DNA of 57,570 nt from an uncultured virus (IMG/VR IMGVR_UViG_3300044506_000040) (Duplodnaviria; Heunggongvirae; Uroviricota; Caudoviricetes), in IMG/VR virus record IMGVR_UViG_3300044506_000040. One strand, given 5' to 3'. Below are positions 9,637-18,119 of this stretch, in pieces. Within the stretch, counting starts at the first letter, position 1, and the number at the start of each line of letters is the position of its first letter. The notes under the pieces are model-generated. The model was not told where the DNA came from. It saw only the letters and a program-made list of their open reading frames with translations, and searched no databases. The translations under genes and the position numbers were made by a program.

Positions 9637-10121
9637 GTTGTGGTAACGCGACGGACGGAAAGTGATCTAAACGCAAGTTGTGTCGATAGTAGAGAGATGA
9701 GTGGGGGAATCGGTATACCCCGGGGATCTTGAGTCTCCCGTATGCGAATCAGCGTCCTCTCAACGGGACTAACGCATGCTGGCTGTCATTGGCCGCGGCC
9801 TCAGGCCAAATGTGAGTTCGATTCTCACCTCAGAAAGCAATGACCGAACACTCTACTTGGATGGGCACTCTGCACTACCTAGTCTAACCGAAAGGAGGAC
9901 GTGGTAGGTCTTGACTCGACAGCACCACCCTAATTGGGCTCCGTTGGCAAATCCACGGGCTTGCGGGTGAAATGAGTCAACCTCTTAATGGACTGGCCGG
10001 CCTAATCACCCGGCATGACGTGATGCGGGCGGCTGCTCTGGGATGTAATTCTCAGGCTGCAAACTGCGTTAGCACACGCTAAACGGTTACAGGACAGAAA
10101 TGTCACGAGGCAAATTGGGCT
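9637..10121 (+). ncRNA. candidate large structured ncRNA with embedded tRNA-like domain
   Basis: ORF-free; helices 9688-94/9851-57, 9911-17/9974-80, 9875-79/9903-07, GNRA hairpins, D-arm and T-arm lookalikes; boundaries approximate. Confidence 0.6.
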
Positions 10122-10137
10122 GTGTTCTTTCACATCT

Positions 10138-10225
10138 GGGGAGGTGCCCGAGAGGCTAAAGGGGGCAGACTGTAAATCTGTTGGGCTTAGGTCCTACATT
10201 GGTTCGAATCCAATCTTCCCCACCA
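10138..10225 (+). tRNA. tRNA-Tyr(GTA)
   Basis: Cloverleaf, long variable arm, CTGTAAA loop, encoded CCA. Confidence 0.95.
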
Positions 10226-10238
10226 GAATTCGTAGTAC

Positions 10239-10314
10239 GGCGATGTAGCTCAGTCGGTAGAGCAGCGGGATCATAATCCGTTGGTCGTCAGTTCGATTCT
10301 GACCATCGCCACCA
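10239..10314 (+). tRNA. tRNA-Met(CAT), elongator type (Ile2 not excluded)
   Basis: GGCGATG/CATCGCC acceptor, CAT anticodon, CCA. Confidence 0.9.
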
Positions 10315-10330
10315 GTCGTCTTTGTAGTTC

Positions 10331-10407
10331 CGGAGTTTAGCGCAGCCCGGTAGCGCACCTGATTTGGGATCAGGGGGTCGTAGGTTCGAATCCTACAATT
10401 CCGACCA
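10331..10407 (+). tRNA. tRNA-Pro(TGG)
   Basis: CGGAGTT acceptor, TTTGGGA loop, CCA. Confidence 0.95.
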
Positions 10408-10425
10408 GTATTTGTTGTGTCAGTG

Positions 10426-10511
10426 GAAGACGTGGCCGAGCGGCTGAAGGCACCAGATTGCAAACCTGGCGGCGAAAGCCCACGTGGGTTCGAATCCCAT
10501 CGTCTTCTCCA
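10426..10511 (+). tRNA. tRNA with GCA (Cys) anticodon and long variable arm
   Basis: GAAGACG/CGTCTTC, U73, TTGCAAA loop, variable arm GGC-GAAA-GCC. Confidence 0.85.
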
Positions 10512-10526
10512 TTGAATTGTTTCAAT

Positions 10527-10604
10527 CCCGCGGTAGCTCAGTCTGGTAGAGCGGCCACCTCGAATGGTGGTGTGTCGTTGGTTCAAATCCAACCCAAGGG
10601 GCCA
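10527..10604 (+). tRNA. aberrant tRNA (8-nt anticodon loop CTCGAATG, two acceptor mismatches)
   Basis: Canonical D and T arms and CCA; identity unresolved. Confidence 0.65.
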
Positions 10605-10628
10605 AGTTTCAACTAGACATGCTTAGGT

Positions 10629-10705
10629 GTGGCCATAGCTCAGATTGGCAGAGCATCGGGATGTGGCCCCGAGGGTCCCGGGTTCGATTCCCGGTGGTCA
10701 CCCCT
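10629..10705 (+). tRNA. tRNA-His(GTG), lacking encoded G-1 and CCA
   Basis: GTGGCCA/TGGTCAC, C73, ATGTGGC loop; ends CCT. Confidence 0.85.
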
Positions 10706-10727
10706 AAGGTGTTTGGTGTTTCACAGT

Positions 10728-10807
10728 GGTGCTGTTCTTCTAGAGGCCTAGGATGCTGGTTCGTGCACGAATCGGAGACAGGGGTTCAAATCCCCTACGG
10801 CGCCCCA
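10728..10807 (+). tRNA. aberrant tRNA: Glu-type body with extended anticodon arm
   Basis: TCTAGAGGCCTAGGA D-arm and AGGGGTTCAAATCCCCT T-arm typical of tRNA-Glu; 20-nt anticodon arm; CCA. Confidence 0.7.
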
Positions 10808-10825
10808 CTTTCTTTTTCCTTCAGT

Positions 10826-10909
10826 GCGGGGCTCCGGTAGGAACTGGGCTATCGTGAATGCATGCATCGATAGTTTGGTGGTGGTTCAAAGCCACTTGCA
10901 GCCCGCTCC
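10826..10909 (+). pseudogene. degenerate tRNA-like remnant
   Basis: T-arm GTGG-TTCAAAG-CCAC, paired ends GCGGG/CCCGC, CTATCG/CGATAG stem; no proper D arm. Confidence 0.4.
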
Positions 10910-10917
10910 CCTTTTCT

Positions 10918-11007
10918 AGAGAGATGTCCGAGCGGTTTAAAGAGTCGCCCTGCTAAGGCGATGTGTGGGCAACTGCACCAAGGGTTCGAATCCCTTTCTC
11001 TCTGCCA
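10918..11007 (+). tRNA. tRNA-Ser(GCT)
   Basis: AGAGAGA/TCTCTCT, long variable arm, G73, CCA. Confidence 0.95.
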
Positions 11008-11012
11008 TATTG

Positions 11013-11043
11013 AGCCAGGCTTCGGCCTGGCTTTTATGCCGTC
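11013..11043 (+). terminator. hairpin + TTATGCCGTC ending the tRNA array
   Basis: AGCCAGGC-TTCG-GCCTGGCT-TTTATGCCGTC. Confidence 0.75.
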
Positions 11044-11067
11044 AATTTTGTGTACAAGGAGAAGACT

Positions 11068-11637
11068 GTGAATAACATCCCGCGATTGTTTCACATCACG
11101 TTTGACGGCCGGCTACCGAAGATGCTCACGCCGCGTAAGCCCGCTGGCAGTGATGACAAAGACCAAGGCATTCTGAAAGAGTTCACGGCACCGCGTGTGT
11201 CGTTTGCGCCGAGTATCTTTCATTGCCTGCAAGCAATCATCCCCAGCGTCTATGAGAAGCTCTTCTCGGACGAGGGACAAAAGAACGGCGTGGACTTCTT
11301 TGTCTACCAGATGAAGCCGGGCCAGAAGGTACGCATCAAGACGCCAATGGAACTCACGAAGGAGCGCCTCGTGTGGGACGCGCACATCACGCATGAGTAC
11401 TGTGTGCTCGATCCGGTGGAGATCGTCCCGCTTGGCAAGATCAACGCTTGGGTGGATAAGATTGATCCGGGCCTGACCATCTACCCGTACAACGATCACT
11501 CGCTGGAGCCGCAGAAGAATAAGCTCTGTGAGGATGCGCGCTTTAAGAAGACGGACCGGGCGCAGGACCTGGTGTTCTTTGGCCAGCAGCATGACAAGGT
11601 GGCCACGGAGTCGTTGCCCGCTTATTTGAAGTGGTGA
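11068..11637 (+). CDS. hypothetical protein, possible ADP-ribosyltransferase-like fold
   Basis: LFHIT...LTPR...PRVSFAPSI...HE pattern; C-terminal PAYLKW. Confidence 0.55.
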   Translation: MNNIPRLFHITFDGRLPKMLTPRKPAGSDDKDQGILKEFTAPRVSFAPSIFHCLQAIIPSVYEKLFSDEGQKNGVDFFVYQMKPGQKVRIKTPMELTKERLVWDAHITHEYCVLDPVEIVPLGKINAWVDKIDPGLTIYPYNDHSLEPQKNKLCEDARFKKTDRAQDLVFFGQQHDKVATESLPAYLKW

Positions 11638-11713
11638 AGTAAGATTTCATTGTGCAGTGCAATGACATAGGCAGCAATGCCGGGAACTCCATTCACCTAT
11701 TCATAACGAAGAA

Positions 11714-12205
11714 ATGAAAACGATTCTGATCGCCGCGATGGCAAGCAACCGTGTCATCGGCAACAAAGGACAAATTCCGTGGATGGGCCAATTCCCGGAA
11801 GACATGAAGCACTTCAAAGAGACGACCACGGGCAACGCAGTGGTGATGGGCCGTAAGACGTACGAGTCGATCGGCAAGCCGCTTGTGATGCGCAGCAACA
11901 TCGTCGTCTCCCGTACCATGCGCGATCCCGCACTGCCCCTCCTCACGGTGCGCGATTCGCTGGAAGGCGCACTGAACCACTGTCGCCGCGAAGGCCGTTC
12001 GTTCTGCTACATCATCGGCGGTGCGGACATCTATCGTCAGGCATTGCCGTTCGCCGACCACATCTACCTCACTCGCATTCACAAGGAGTTCGAGGGTGAT
12101 ACGTACTTCCCGGCGATCGATCGCAATCAGTTCGAGATGTCGGTGGGCTTCGTGCACGAGACCGAACACTTCGGCTACACCTTCGAGCACTGGGACCGTG
12201 TCTAA
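11714..12205 (+). CDS. folA: dihydrofolate reductase
   Basis: IAAMASNRVIG...IPW...EDMKHFKETT.GNAVVMGRKTYESIGKPL..R.N; IIGGADIY; GDTYFP. Confidence 0.97.
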   Translation: MKTILIAAMASNRVIGNKGQIPWMGQFPEDMKHFKETTTGNAVVMGRKTYESIGKPLVMRSNIVVSRTMRDPALPLLTVRDSLEGALNHCRREGRSFCYIIGGADIYRQALPFADHIYLTRIHKEFEGDTYFPAIDRNQFEMSVGFVHETEHFGYTFEHWDRV

Positions 12206-12566
12206 GTTCAAGGAGATGCGCCCCGGTGTGTTCTGTCACTGGTGCCCGGGCTGCGAATGCAGTCACTGGATCTATACAGACGGCAAGGTCACCTGGCAGA
12301 TTACGGGTGACGAAGCCACGCCTACCGTGCGGCCCTCGCTGGCGCACGATCAGGGCATGCGGAAGACGGAGTGCCACTATCACATCACTGATGGGAAGCT
12401 GGAGTACTTCTTCGACACGCACCATCAGTACCGCAGTCAGACGATCGACTTACCCGATTGGGATGAACGCATCCACAACCCGTACACGATCCGACCCAAG
12501 CATGAGAAGAACCGGGTCGGGAAAAGCGCTATGGTGTGTGGGTTCAACTTCAACGATCGGAGTTAG
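12198..12566 (+). CDS. DUF6527-like Cys/His protein
   Basis: WCPGC..SH...W...G....PTVRPSL...CHYHITDG pattern; GTG start inferred. Confidence 0.65.
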   Translation: MSKFKEMRPGVFCHWCPGCECSHWIYTDGKVTWQITGDEATPTVRPSLAHDQGMRKTECHYHITDGKLEYFFDTHHQYRSQTIDLPDWDERIHNPYTIRPKHEKNRVGKSAMVCGFNFNDRS

Positions 12567-12568
12567 TT

Positions 12569-13015
12569 ATGTCACTTCTTTTCTTCGCAGCACTCGCGCT
12601 CATCGCGCTCCAGTTCACCAGCGGCATCGGCCAATGGATCAGCGAGAACCAGAAGGCTACGCAAACCGTGGCCTGGATGCAATGGCTCGTGGGCAAGTTC
12701 GGTCTCGCCCCGACGATCATCACGACGCGTGTGGTCATCATCGCGGCGGCGGTTGTCGCGTATGAACTGCAACAGCATTGGCTCGTTTGGGCGCTGCTCG
12801 CAGCTTCGGCTTGGTATCTGTACAAGACCGGCAAGTACGTGGCGATCTGGGCGGAACTGAAAACCGATGCAGTCAATGCAGTCGACGGTGCCGTCACCAA
12901 TGCGGTGGACACGGCCATCACCGACGTGACCAAGCAGGCCATGCACGATCCCAAGGAAGCACAAGCCTCGATGGCTGCGGCTGCCAAGGGCGTCGACGTT
13001 TCGAAAATGGGCTAA
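12569..13015 (+). CDS. membrane protein
   Basis: Three hydrophobic segments; terminator hairpin follows. Confidence 0.7.
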   Translation: MSLLFFAALALIALQFTSGIGQWISENQKATQTVAWMQWLVGKFGLAPTIITTRVVIIAAAVVAYELQQHWLVWALLAASAWYLYKTGKYVAIWAELKTDAVNAVDGAVTNAVDTAITDVTKQAMHDPKEAQASMAAAAKGVDVSKMG

Positions 13016-13021
13016 CGCCAA

Positions 13022-13047
13022 GGGGAGCTTCGGCTCCCCGCTTATTC
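13022..13047 (+). terminator. hairpin terminator, 26-nt identical copy at 33761-33786
   Basis: GGGGAGCTTCGGCTCCCCGCTTATTC at both loci. Confidence 0.7.
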
Positions 13048-13061
13048 TGTTAGGTTGATAA

Positions 13062-13646
13062 ATGCCAAAGCGAATCTACAAGTCATTGGAGACGGTTGAC
13101 GAGACGCCGACCTCCATGGTGATCCGTGCCTTTCTCGCGTTCCCCCAGAAGCCGACTTGCATCTGGGACGTGGGCTGCGGCACAGGCAAAGTGCTCATCG
13201 AGTCGAAGCTGCGCTATCGGGACGTGAAGCTGATCGGCATCGAGGTGAACCCGGACTACCCGGCAGTTGCGCGGGAGAACATGGAGCGCCATGGCGTGAA
13301 TCCGGCGGACATCGATATCCATCTGCGCGATGCTTGCTACGACGACCTGAGCGATCTGCAACGCCCCGACGCTATCTACCTGTCCTGTGCAGGCCGGGCC
13401 GAAGTCAACCTCATCCCCATTCTCTGGGAGCATCTGTTGCCCGGTGGCGCGATCGTCTGTAACGTGAGCCAGTACGGCAAGCACCCGGACATCCCCAACT
13501 GGGTGGCGCGTCTGCGTGGGGCACAGGAAGCCTACGGTGGCAAGCTCGAAGACTACACCCACTGGTACGACCTGAGCAAGAACGGGCGCAAGGACAAGTG
13601 GGCGGTGGAAGACGCCATCCACTGGGAAGGTCAGAAGCCTGTGTAA
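13062..13646 (+). CDS. class I SAM-dependent methyltransferase (CbiT-like)
   Basis: IWDVGCGTG motif I, GIEVN, LLPGG. Confidence 0.85.
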   Translation: MPKRIYKSLETVDETPTSMVIRAFLAFPQKPTCIWDVGCGTGKVLIESKLRYRDVKLIGIEVNPDYPAVARENMERHGVNPADIDIHLRDACYDDLSDLQRPDAIYLSCAGRAEVNLIPILWEHLLPGGAIVCNVSQYGKHPDIPNWVARLRGAQEAYGGKLEDYTHWYDLSKNGRKDKWAVEDAIHWEGQKPV

Positions 13647-13757
13647 AAATACCCACAGGGTAATGCTATGTAGGGCCTCGGCGAGGTGTCCGTCACGTGT
13701 CTTCGGACGCGGGGCGGCCACTTCCGGTTTTATGCCGTTTCATCGAAAAAACAACCA

Positions 13758-13774
13758 TATATCATCCTTCTGAG
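13758..13774 (+). promoter_or_regulatory. putative early promoter TATATCA-N6-TGAG
   Basis: Recurrent motif with A-tract upstream. Confidence 0.55.
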
Positions 13775-13844
13775 TCCGTTGGGTAAAACTGACGGCGCCG
13801 TGCTATTAGTTGACTAGAGGATCACAACAAGAGGAATGAATTAA

Positions 13845-14294
13845 ATGAAGCCGCTCTCCCCCGTATACGAGTATTTCGCAGGTGTCTCACAGCAGGCCAT
13901 GGATGCGAAGCCGCCGTACAGAGGTAAAGTGGAATTGCTGCACTTTGGCGATTACGTTCTCGTGAAGAGCGAAATCTCGGCCAAGATCGAGCGGCGCTGG
14001 TTTCATCAGGAAACCCCGATCGCTTACTACCACCTGCCCAAAGAACTTCGCCTACCCATCGTGGAAGAGATGTACCGCTCGGGTTGCGTGGCGAAGGAAA
14101 TCGCCGAACTCATCGGCGTGTCATCGACCACCATCGCGACCGACATCAAGGAATTGATGGGCATGTGTCGCATGACCGAGTGCAGCCAGTTTAAGGCTCA
14201 GGACGTCACCCCGACGGACCTGATCCTCAAGAGCACCACCAGCCAGAAAATGGTGAGAGGCCACAACCCGCAATACGCTCCACCGTCGTGGTGA
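13845..14294 (+). CDS. HTH DNA-binding protein (sigma-4/LuxR-like)
   Basis: GCVAKEIAELIGVSSTTIATDI. Confidence 0.7.
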   Translation: MKPLSPVYEYFAGVSQQAMDAKPPYRGKVELLHFGDYVLVKSEISAKIERRWFHQETPIAYYHLPKELRLPIVEEMYRSGCVAKEIAELIGVSSTTIATDIKELMGMCRMTECSQFKAQDVTPTDLILKSTTSQKMVRGHNPQYAPPSW

Positions 14295-14406
14295 AGGCGA
14301 TTGTGCGGTTGTGTGAGTGGATCCTCATGAACCCCGAACGGCGTAAAGTCCGGTGGGCGATGGAGGATCATTTTGAAAGGGAAATGCGCAAACTCAAGGA
14401 GCGCAC

Positions 14407-14919
14407 ATGACTTCCACGGAAAAGAAGGTTGGCGACGGGACCTCGGTTGAAGTGTTCACGACCCCTGGCGTTGAAGGTGGTCCGGACTTTGAAGTCTCCC
14501 GTGTGACCGATGGCACGAACATTGCTGTCGTCCACGAACATCCGGTTGACACCGCAGCAGGCGCGCTCGCCCTCGGCGCGACCGTCTCGGTTCATACCCC
14601 GGACCCGCATCAACGCAACTACCTCGCCTGGAACGACGGCTTCACGCTCGTTCATGGTGCGGCTATCAAGATCGGCGCACTGTGCACGTCGGGCGATGTG
14701 AAGATCGACTGGGGCGCCGTCATCGATCTGGCCGGTGGCAAGGTCGACCCGGACTACAAGGTCAACGGTGAACCGCAAGGTGCGCTCGTCGGGGAATTCA
14801 CCGACAACGACGACCCGGCGATTGTCCATGAAGTCTACATGGAGCGTTACACCGAACGCTTCTACTTCTACAAGGACTCCCCGGAGCGGACCACCGATCT
14901 CTCACCTGCTAAAGGCTGA
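14407..14919 (+). CDS. hypothetical protein
   Basis: AAGGAG RBS. Confidence 0.7.
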   Translation: MTSTEKKVGDGTSVEVFTTPGVEGGPDFEVSRVTDGTNIAVVHEHPVDTAAGALALGATVSVHTPDPHQRNYLAWNDGFTLVHGAAIKIGALCTSGDVKIDWGAVIDLAGGKVDPDYKVNGEPQGALVGEFTDNDDPAIVHEVYMERYTERFYFYKDSPERTTDLSPAKG

Positions 14920-14921
14920 CG

Positions 14922-15641
14922 ATGGGTTGCGATATCCATAGCGTCTTCCAGGCGCGCATTGACGGGGAGTGGGTGGACGTTGCTACCTTCTGGGACGACG
15001 AACGCCACTACCAGCTCTTTGCCGCGCTTGCGGACGTACGCAATGGATATGGCTTCGCTGGGGTGCCGTATGCGGAGTGGATCAGACCCATCTCTGCTCC
15101 GCGCGGCTTACCCAAGGATTTCGAGTATTACTGCTGGGAGCACCCGACCCATGTGGAAGCACTCGTGCCATTTAGACGGGGATGGTGGGAACAAGACCAT
15201 CCCCTCGAAGCGAAGTCCATGGATCCAGACACGATCGGTGTTCTTACCGGTTATCGCTACAGCGACGACACCATCACATTGCATGAATGTGCGATCTGGA
15301 TGGGGGACCACAGCTTCAGCTGGCTCATGTCAGACGAGATGCTGAACTGGTTCAATAACGAGGCGAACATACCTCGGGTGAAGATCGGTGTGCTCTCCAA
15401 GCCGATGTTTGAAGCCTGGGATAAGGTGAGTCAGCCACAGGAATGGTTCGGTGGTATCTGGGGCAAAGACACCGTCACCATCAACGAGTGCGAAGTCGGC
15501 AAGGTGAGTGGCCCTTGGGACTACGTGCGCGTCACATGGGAAAAGACCTTGAAGGATGAACTGTCTTACTTCTTCAAGGAAGTTCAACGCCTGCACGATA
15601 CGTACGGCAAAGTGCGCTTCGTGTTTGGTTTCGATAGTTAG
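14922..15641 (+). CDS. conserved phage protein (MGCDIH...RFVFGFDS type)
   Basis: MGCDIH, RHYQLFAALADVRN, PRGLP, DHSFSWL motifs. Confidence 0.75.
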   Translation: MGCDIHSVFQARIDGEWVDVATFWDDERHYQLFAALADVRNGYGFAGVPYAEWIRPISAPRGLPKDFEYYCWEHPTHVEALVPFRRGWWEQDHPLEAKSMDPDTIGVLTGYRYSDDTITLHECAIWMGDHSFSWLMSDEMLNWFNNEANIPRVKIGVLSKPMFEAWDKVSQPQEWFGGIWGKDTVTINECEVGKVSGPWDYVRVTWEKTLKDELSYFFKEVQRLHDTYGKVRFVFGFDS

Positions 15642-15653
15642 GAGGAGAGCCGC

Positions 15654-16238
15654 ATGGACAAGCCCGTGCCCCTTCACATGCGGCTGTTCAACGCCGCGTT
15701 CAAACTGCCGTTCCTCTCGTTCAAGGCGAAGGAGCGCATTGCCCACAGCTTTCTGAGTCCTGAGAAGTCCAAGGAACTTCGCGGGATGATGCATGACCTC
15801 GTGGGTGGCATGAACCAACAGTTCGGCACCTACGAAGCGATCCTCGAGTACGCGCCGAATTACGCCAAGTGGAATACGCCCGAAGAAGTCGAGAAGATTC
15901 AGGGCGGCAAACTCGTGGCGTCTGGCTGCGCAATGGCATCGCAGGATTACTGGAGCGTCAAGGCACTGGACCTCTTCTTCGCGAAGTACGTCAACAGTGC
16001 TGCGGACCACGAAGCATTCTGCCATGCAGTGTATCGCTTGGCCTTCAGCATGCAGGAGTGGGGTTACATCGACGGCGAATCGAAGCCGAAGAAACTCACC
16101 GATGAGCAAGAGGCTGAGCTGCTCGAGATGCAGTGGTCTGCCATGTCGATGGCACTCGCCGACGAAATGAAAGACAAGGGGAAGTCCGCCCAGCAGTGGA
16201 TGACCGAACTGAAACCGTTATTCTACCCCCAAGGTTAA
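15654..16238 (+). CDS. hypothetical protein
   Basis: AGGAGGAG RBS. Confidence 0.75.
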   Translation: MDKPVPLHMRLFNAAFKLPFLSFKAKERIAHSFLSPEKSKELRGMMHDLVGGMNQQFGTYEAILEYAPNYAKWNTPEEVEKIQGGKLVASGCAMASQDYWSVKALDLFFAKYVNSAADHEAFCHAVYRLAFSMQEWGYIDGESKPKKLTDEQEAELLEMQWSAMSMALADEMKDKGKSAQQWMTELKPLFYPQG

Positions 16239-16241
16239 AGA

Positions 16242-16538
16242 ATGTCGCTCGTGAATCAACAAGTCTTTCTCACCCCCGGCGCGTCCTTCACGCTCACGGC
16301 AGCCAAGGTCTCCTTGGGTCCGCAAGCGGATAACACCGACGCCATGGTGACGTTTGACCAAAGTGCTGCCATGCTCGGCAACCGTGACTCGTTGCACGGT
16401 GGCGTTCAGGTGGGCACGATCGAAGTTGATGTGATGCCGAACGTGCCGATGGACTTCAACGTCTACATGGACGAAGCCTCCGGCAAGTTCTACTACAACC
16501 ACCAGGTCGTAATGCGCGACGGCGTAACTCCCCACTAA
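16242..16538 (+). CDS. hypothetical protein
   Basis: ORF in operon. Confidence 0.65.
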   Translation: MSLVNQQVFLTPGASFTLTAAKVSLGPQADNTDAMVTFDQSAAMLGNRDSLHGGVQVGTIEVDVMPNVPMDFNVYMDEASGKFYYNHQVVMRDGVTPH

Positions 16539-16573
16539 CGCCCAAGCCAAGAACATCAAACCAAGGAAAACCC

Positions 16574-18040
16574 ATGAAACACGCCATCCATATCCGCAAG
16601 GTCCTCCTCGCTGAAATGCCGGGCTTTCGTCCGCAGTTTCGTCGACCCTTTGACGTGGTCGGTCGCCCCGAAGATAACGAGGCGCTGATCAACGAGGTCC
16701 TGAAAGTCGAAGACCTCGTCGACGTCGACCGTGTTACCCCCAGCAAGATTGCACCTCACATCAGTTCCTTCCTGCGCTACTCGGGCGAAGCACAGCCCGC
16801 CTTCCCGCCGCCCCTGGGCTGGAACACTCCGCGCTACTCTTTCGCTATTGAAGTTGAAGTCAAGCCGGTGGCCTTTTCCGGCAAGCAGATCCTCACGGTC
16901 TACGGCTACACCGACACGGTCGCCGAAGTGCAAGACGGCAAGATCAGCGATGCCCAGCTGAATGCGCTCACCTTCCACATCAACTCGATCGTCACCGCGC
17001 GCAGCCATCCGGGTGCACCGGAAAGCCACGTGGCGCCGTACACCCAGATGGTCGCCAACCACCACTACTACAGTGATGCGAATTTCGCTGGCAACTTCAA
17101 CAGTGCCAACGTCGTCGAATCGCTGCGCCCGTGCGACATTCTGGCGCGGCTGAGCGCACTGGAAGTTGCGCCGGAAATGGTGGGTGGGGCGTTGGTGGAT
17201 ATGCGCACGATCGTGGGCTCAACGCCGCGCGCATCGGATCGCATGAACGTGAACCCAGCGCATCTGCTCGCGAAGATTCTGGACGGCTATGTGACGGCGC
17301 TCGAAGGTGCACGGGCTAACACCCATCAGTCGGATCTGCTGGAAGAAGCGCGTAGCCGTATCCAGGAATCGCCGGCTGGCATGAATCCGTTCCTGCGTGA
17401 ACTCGTGGGGGACCGTGCAGCGGGTGCGACGCGGGAATTCAAGATGGAAGATCTCCTGCGTATCGATGCGTCAGTGGGCGAGCGCATGACTATCGTCACG
17501 GGCAGCAATGCGGATAAGGATCTCGTGCACTCCAGCCGTTACAGCGACTGGGATGAAGAGAGCCTCGAAGCGTTGATCGCTTATGCGGTGGCCATTCAGG
17601 TGCCGGCAGCCATGGGTCAGACCGGACTCACGAAGCTGGTGTTCTCGCTGGAAATGTCGGGCACGTCGGGTAACTGGCGCGAGTCGGGCTTGAACTTCTC
17701 GGTGGTGGATCTGGCAGGCCTCTTGCCGGCTCACGACAGCCGCGCGAAGGAAGAGTTCGTGCTGGAGATGCTCGCGGCGAACATCCCGCAGTGGTCGGGC
17801 AATTACACCATCCCGCTGTACATGAACGTGGAAGCTAGTCTCAACGGCCTCACGATTGTGGACATCTCGATGACGCCGGACTTCGGCAAGAAGAAACGTT
17901 TCGTCATGCCGTCCTTCATGGACGGTTTGGTCAGTCCGGTGTTGGCGCGCAAGACGGACCAGATGTCGGAACTCGCCAATGTCGCTGACGGCATTGGGGC
18001 TCTGTTGAATGTGATCTTCGAACGGATCCCGATGGCGTAA
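16574..18040 (+). CDS. phiKZ gp68-like protein (putative nvRNAP promoter-specificity subunit or paralog)
   Basis: Motif order GW...R..F, GYTD, FHINS, LRPCD, D.RT, S.R.N..P, P.F.D.L.SPV recalled from gp68 homologues; 488 aa. Confidence 0.6.
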   Translation: MKHAIHIRKVLLAEMPGFRPQFRRPFDVVGRPEDNEALINEVLKVEDLVDVDRVTPSKIAPHISSFLRYSGEAQPAFPPPLGWNTPRYSFAIEVEVKPVAFSGKQILTVYGYTDTVAEVQDGKISDAQLNALTFHINSIVTARSHPGAPESHVAPYTQMVANHHYYSDANFAGNFNSANVVESLRPCDILARLSALEVAPEMVGGALVDMRTIVGSTPRASDRMNVNPAHLLAKILDGYVTALEGARANTHQSDLLEEARSRIQESPAGMNPFLRELVGDRAAGATREFKMEDLLRIDASVGERMTIVTGSNADKDLVHSSRYSDWDEESLEALIAYAVAIQVPAAMGQTGLTKLVFSLEMSGTSGNWRESGLNFSVVDLAGLLPAHDSRAKEEFVLEMLAANIPQWSGNYTIPLYMNVEASLNGLTIVDISMTPDFGKKKRFVMPSFMDGLVSPVLARKTDQMSELANVADGIGALLNVIFERIPMA

Positions 18041-18119
18041 CGAAGTAGGACAGGGGGTTCTGAGCAAGCCCCCTGAGTAGTTCAATTAATCTAAACCAAC
18101 TGAAACGAAAGGTAAAGCA

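Noticed and set aside
9688..10130. Possible tmRNA or RNase P RNA
   Set aside because: No tmRNA-type acceptor with CCA or convincing tag ORF, and no GAGGAAAGUCC-type RNase P core seen
10194..11094. ORFs across the tRNA array
   Set aside because: Artefacts of tRNA sequence
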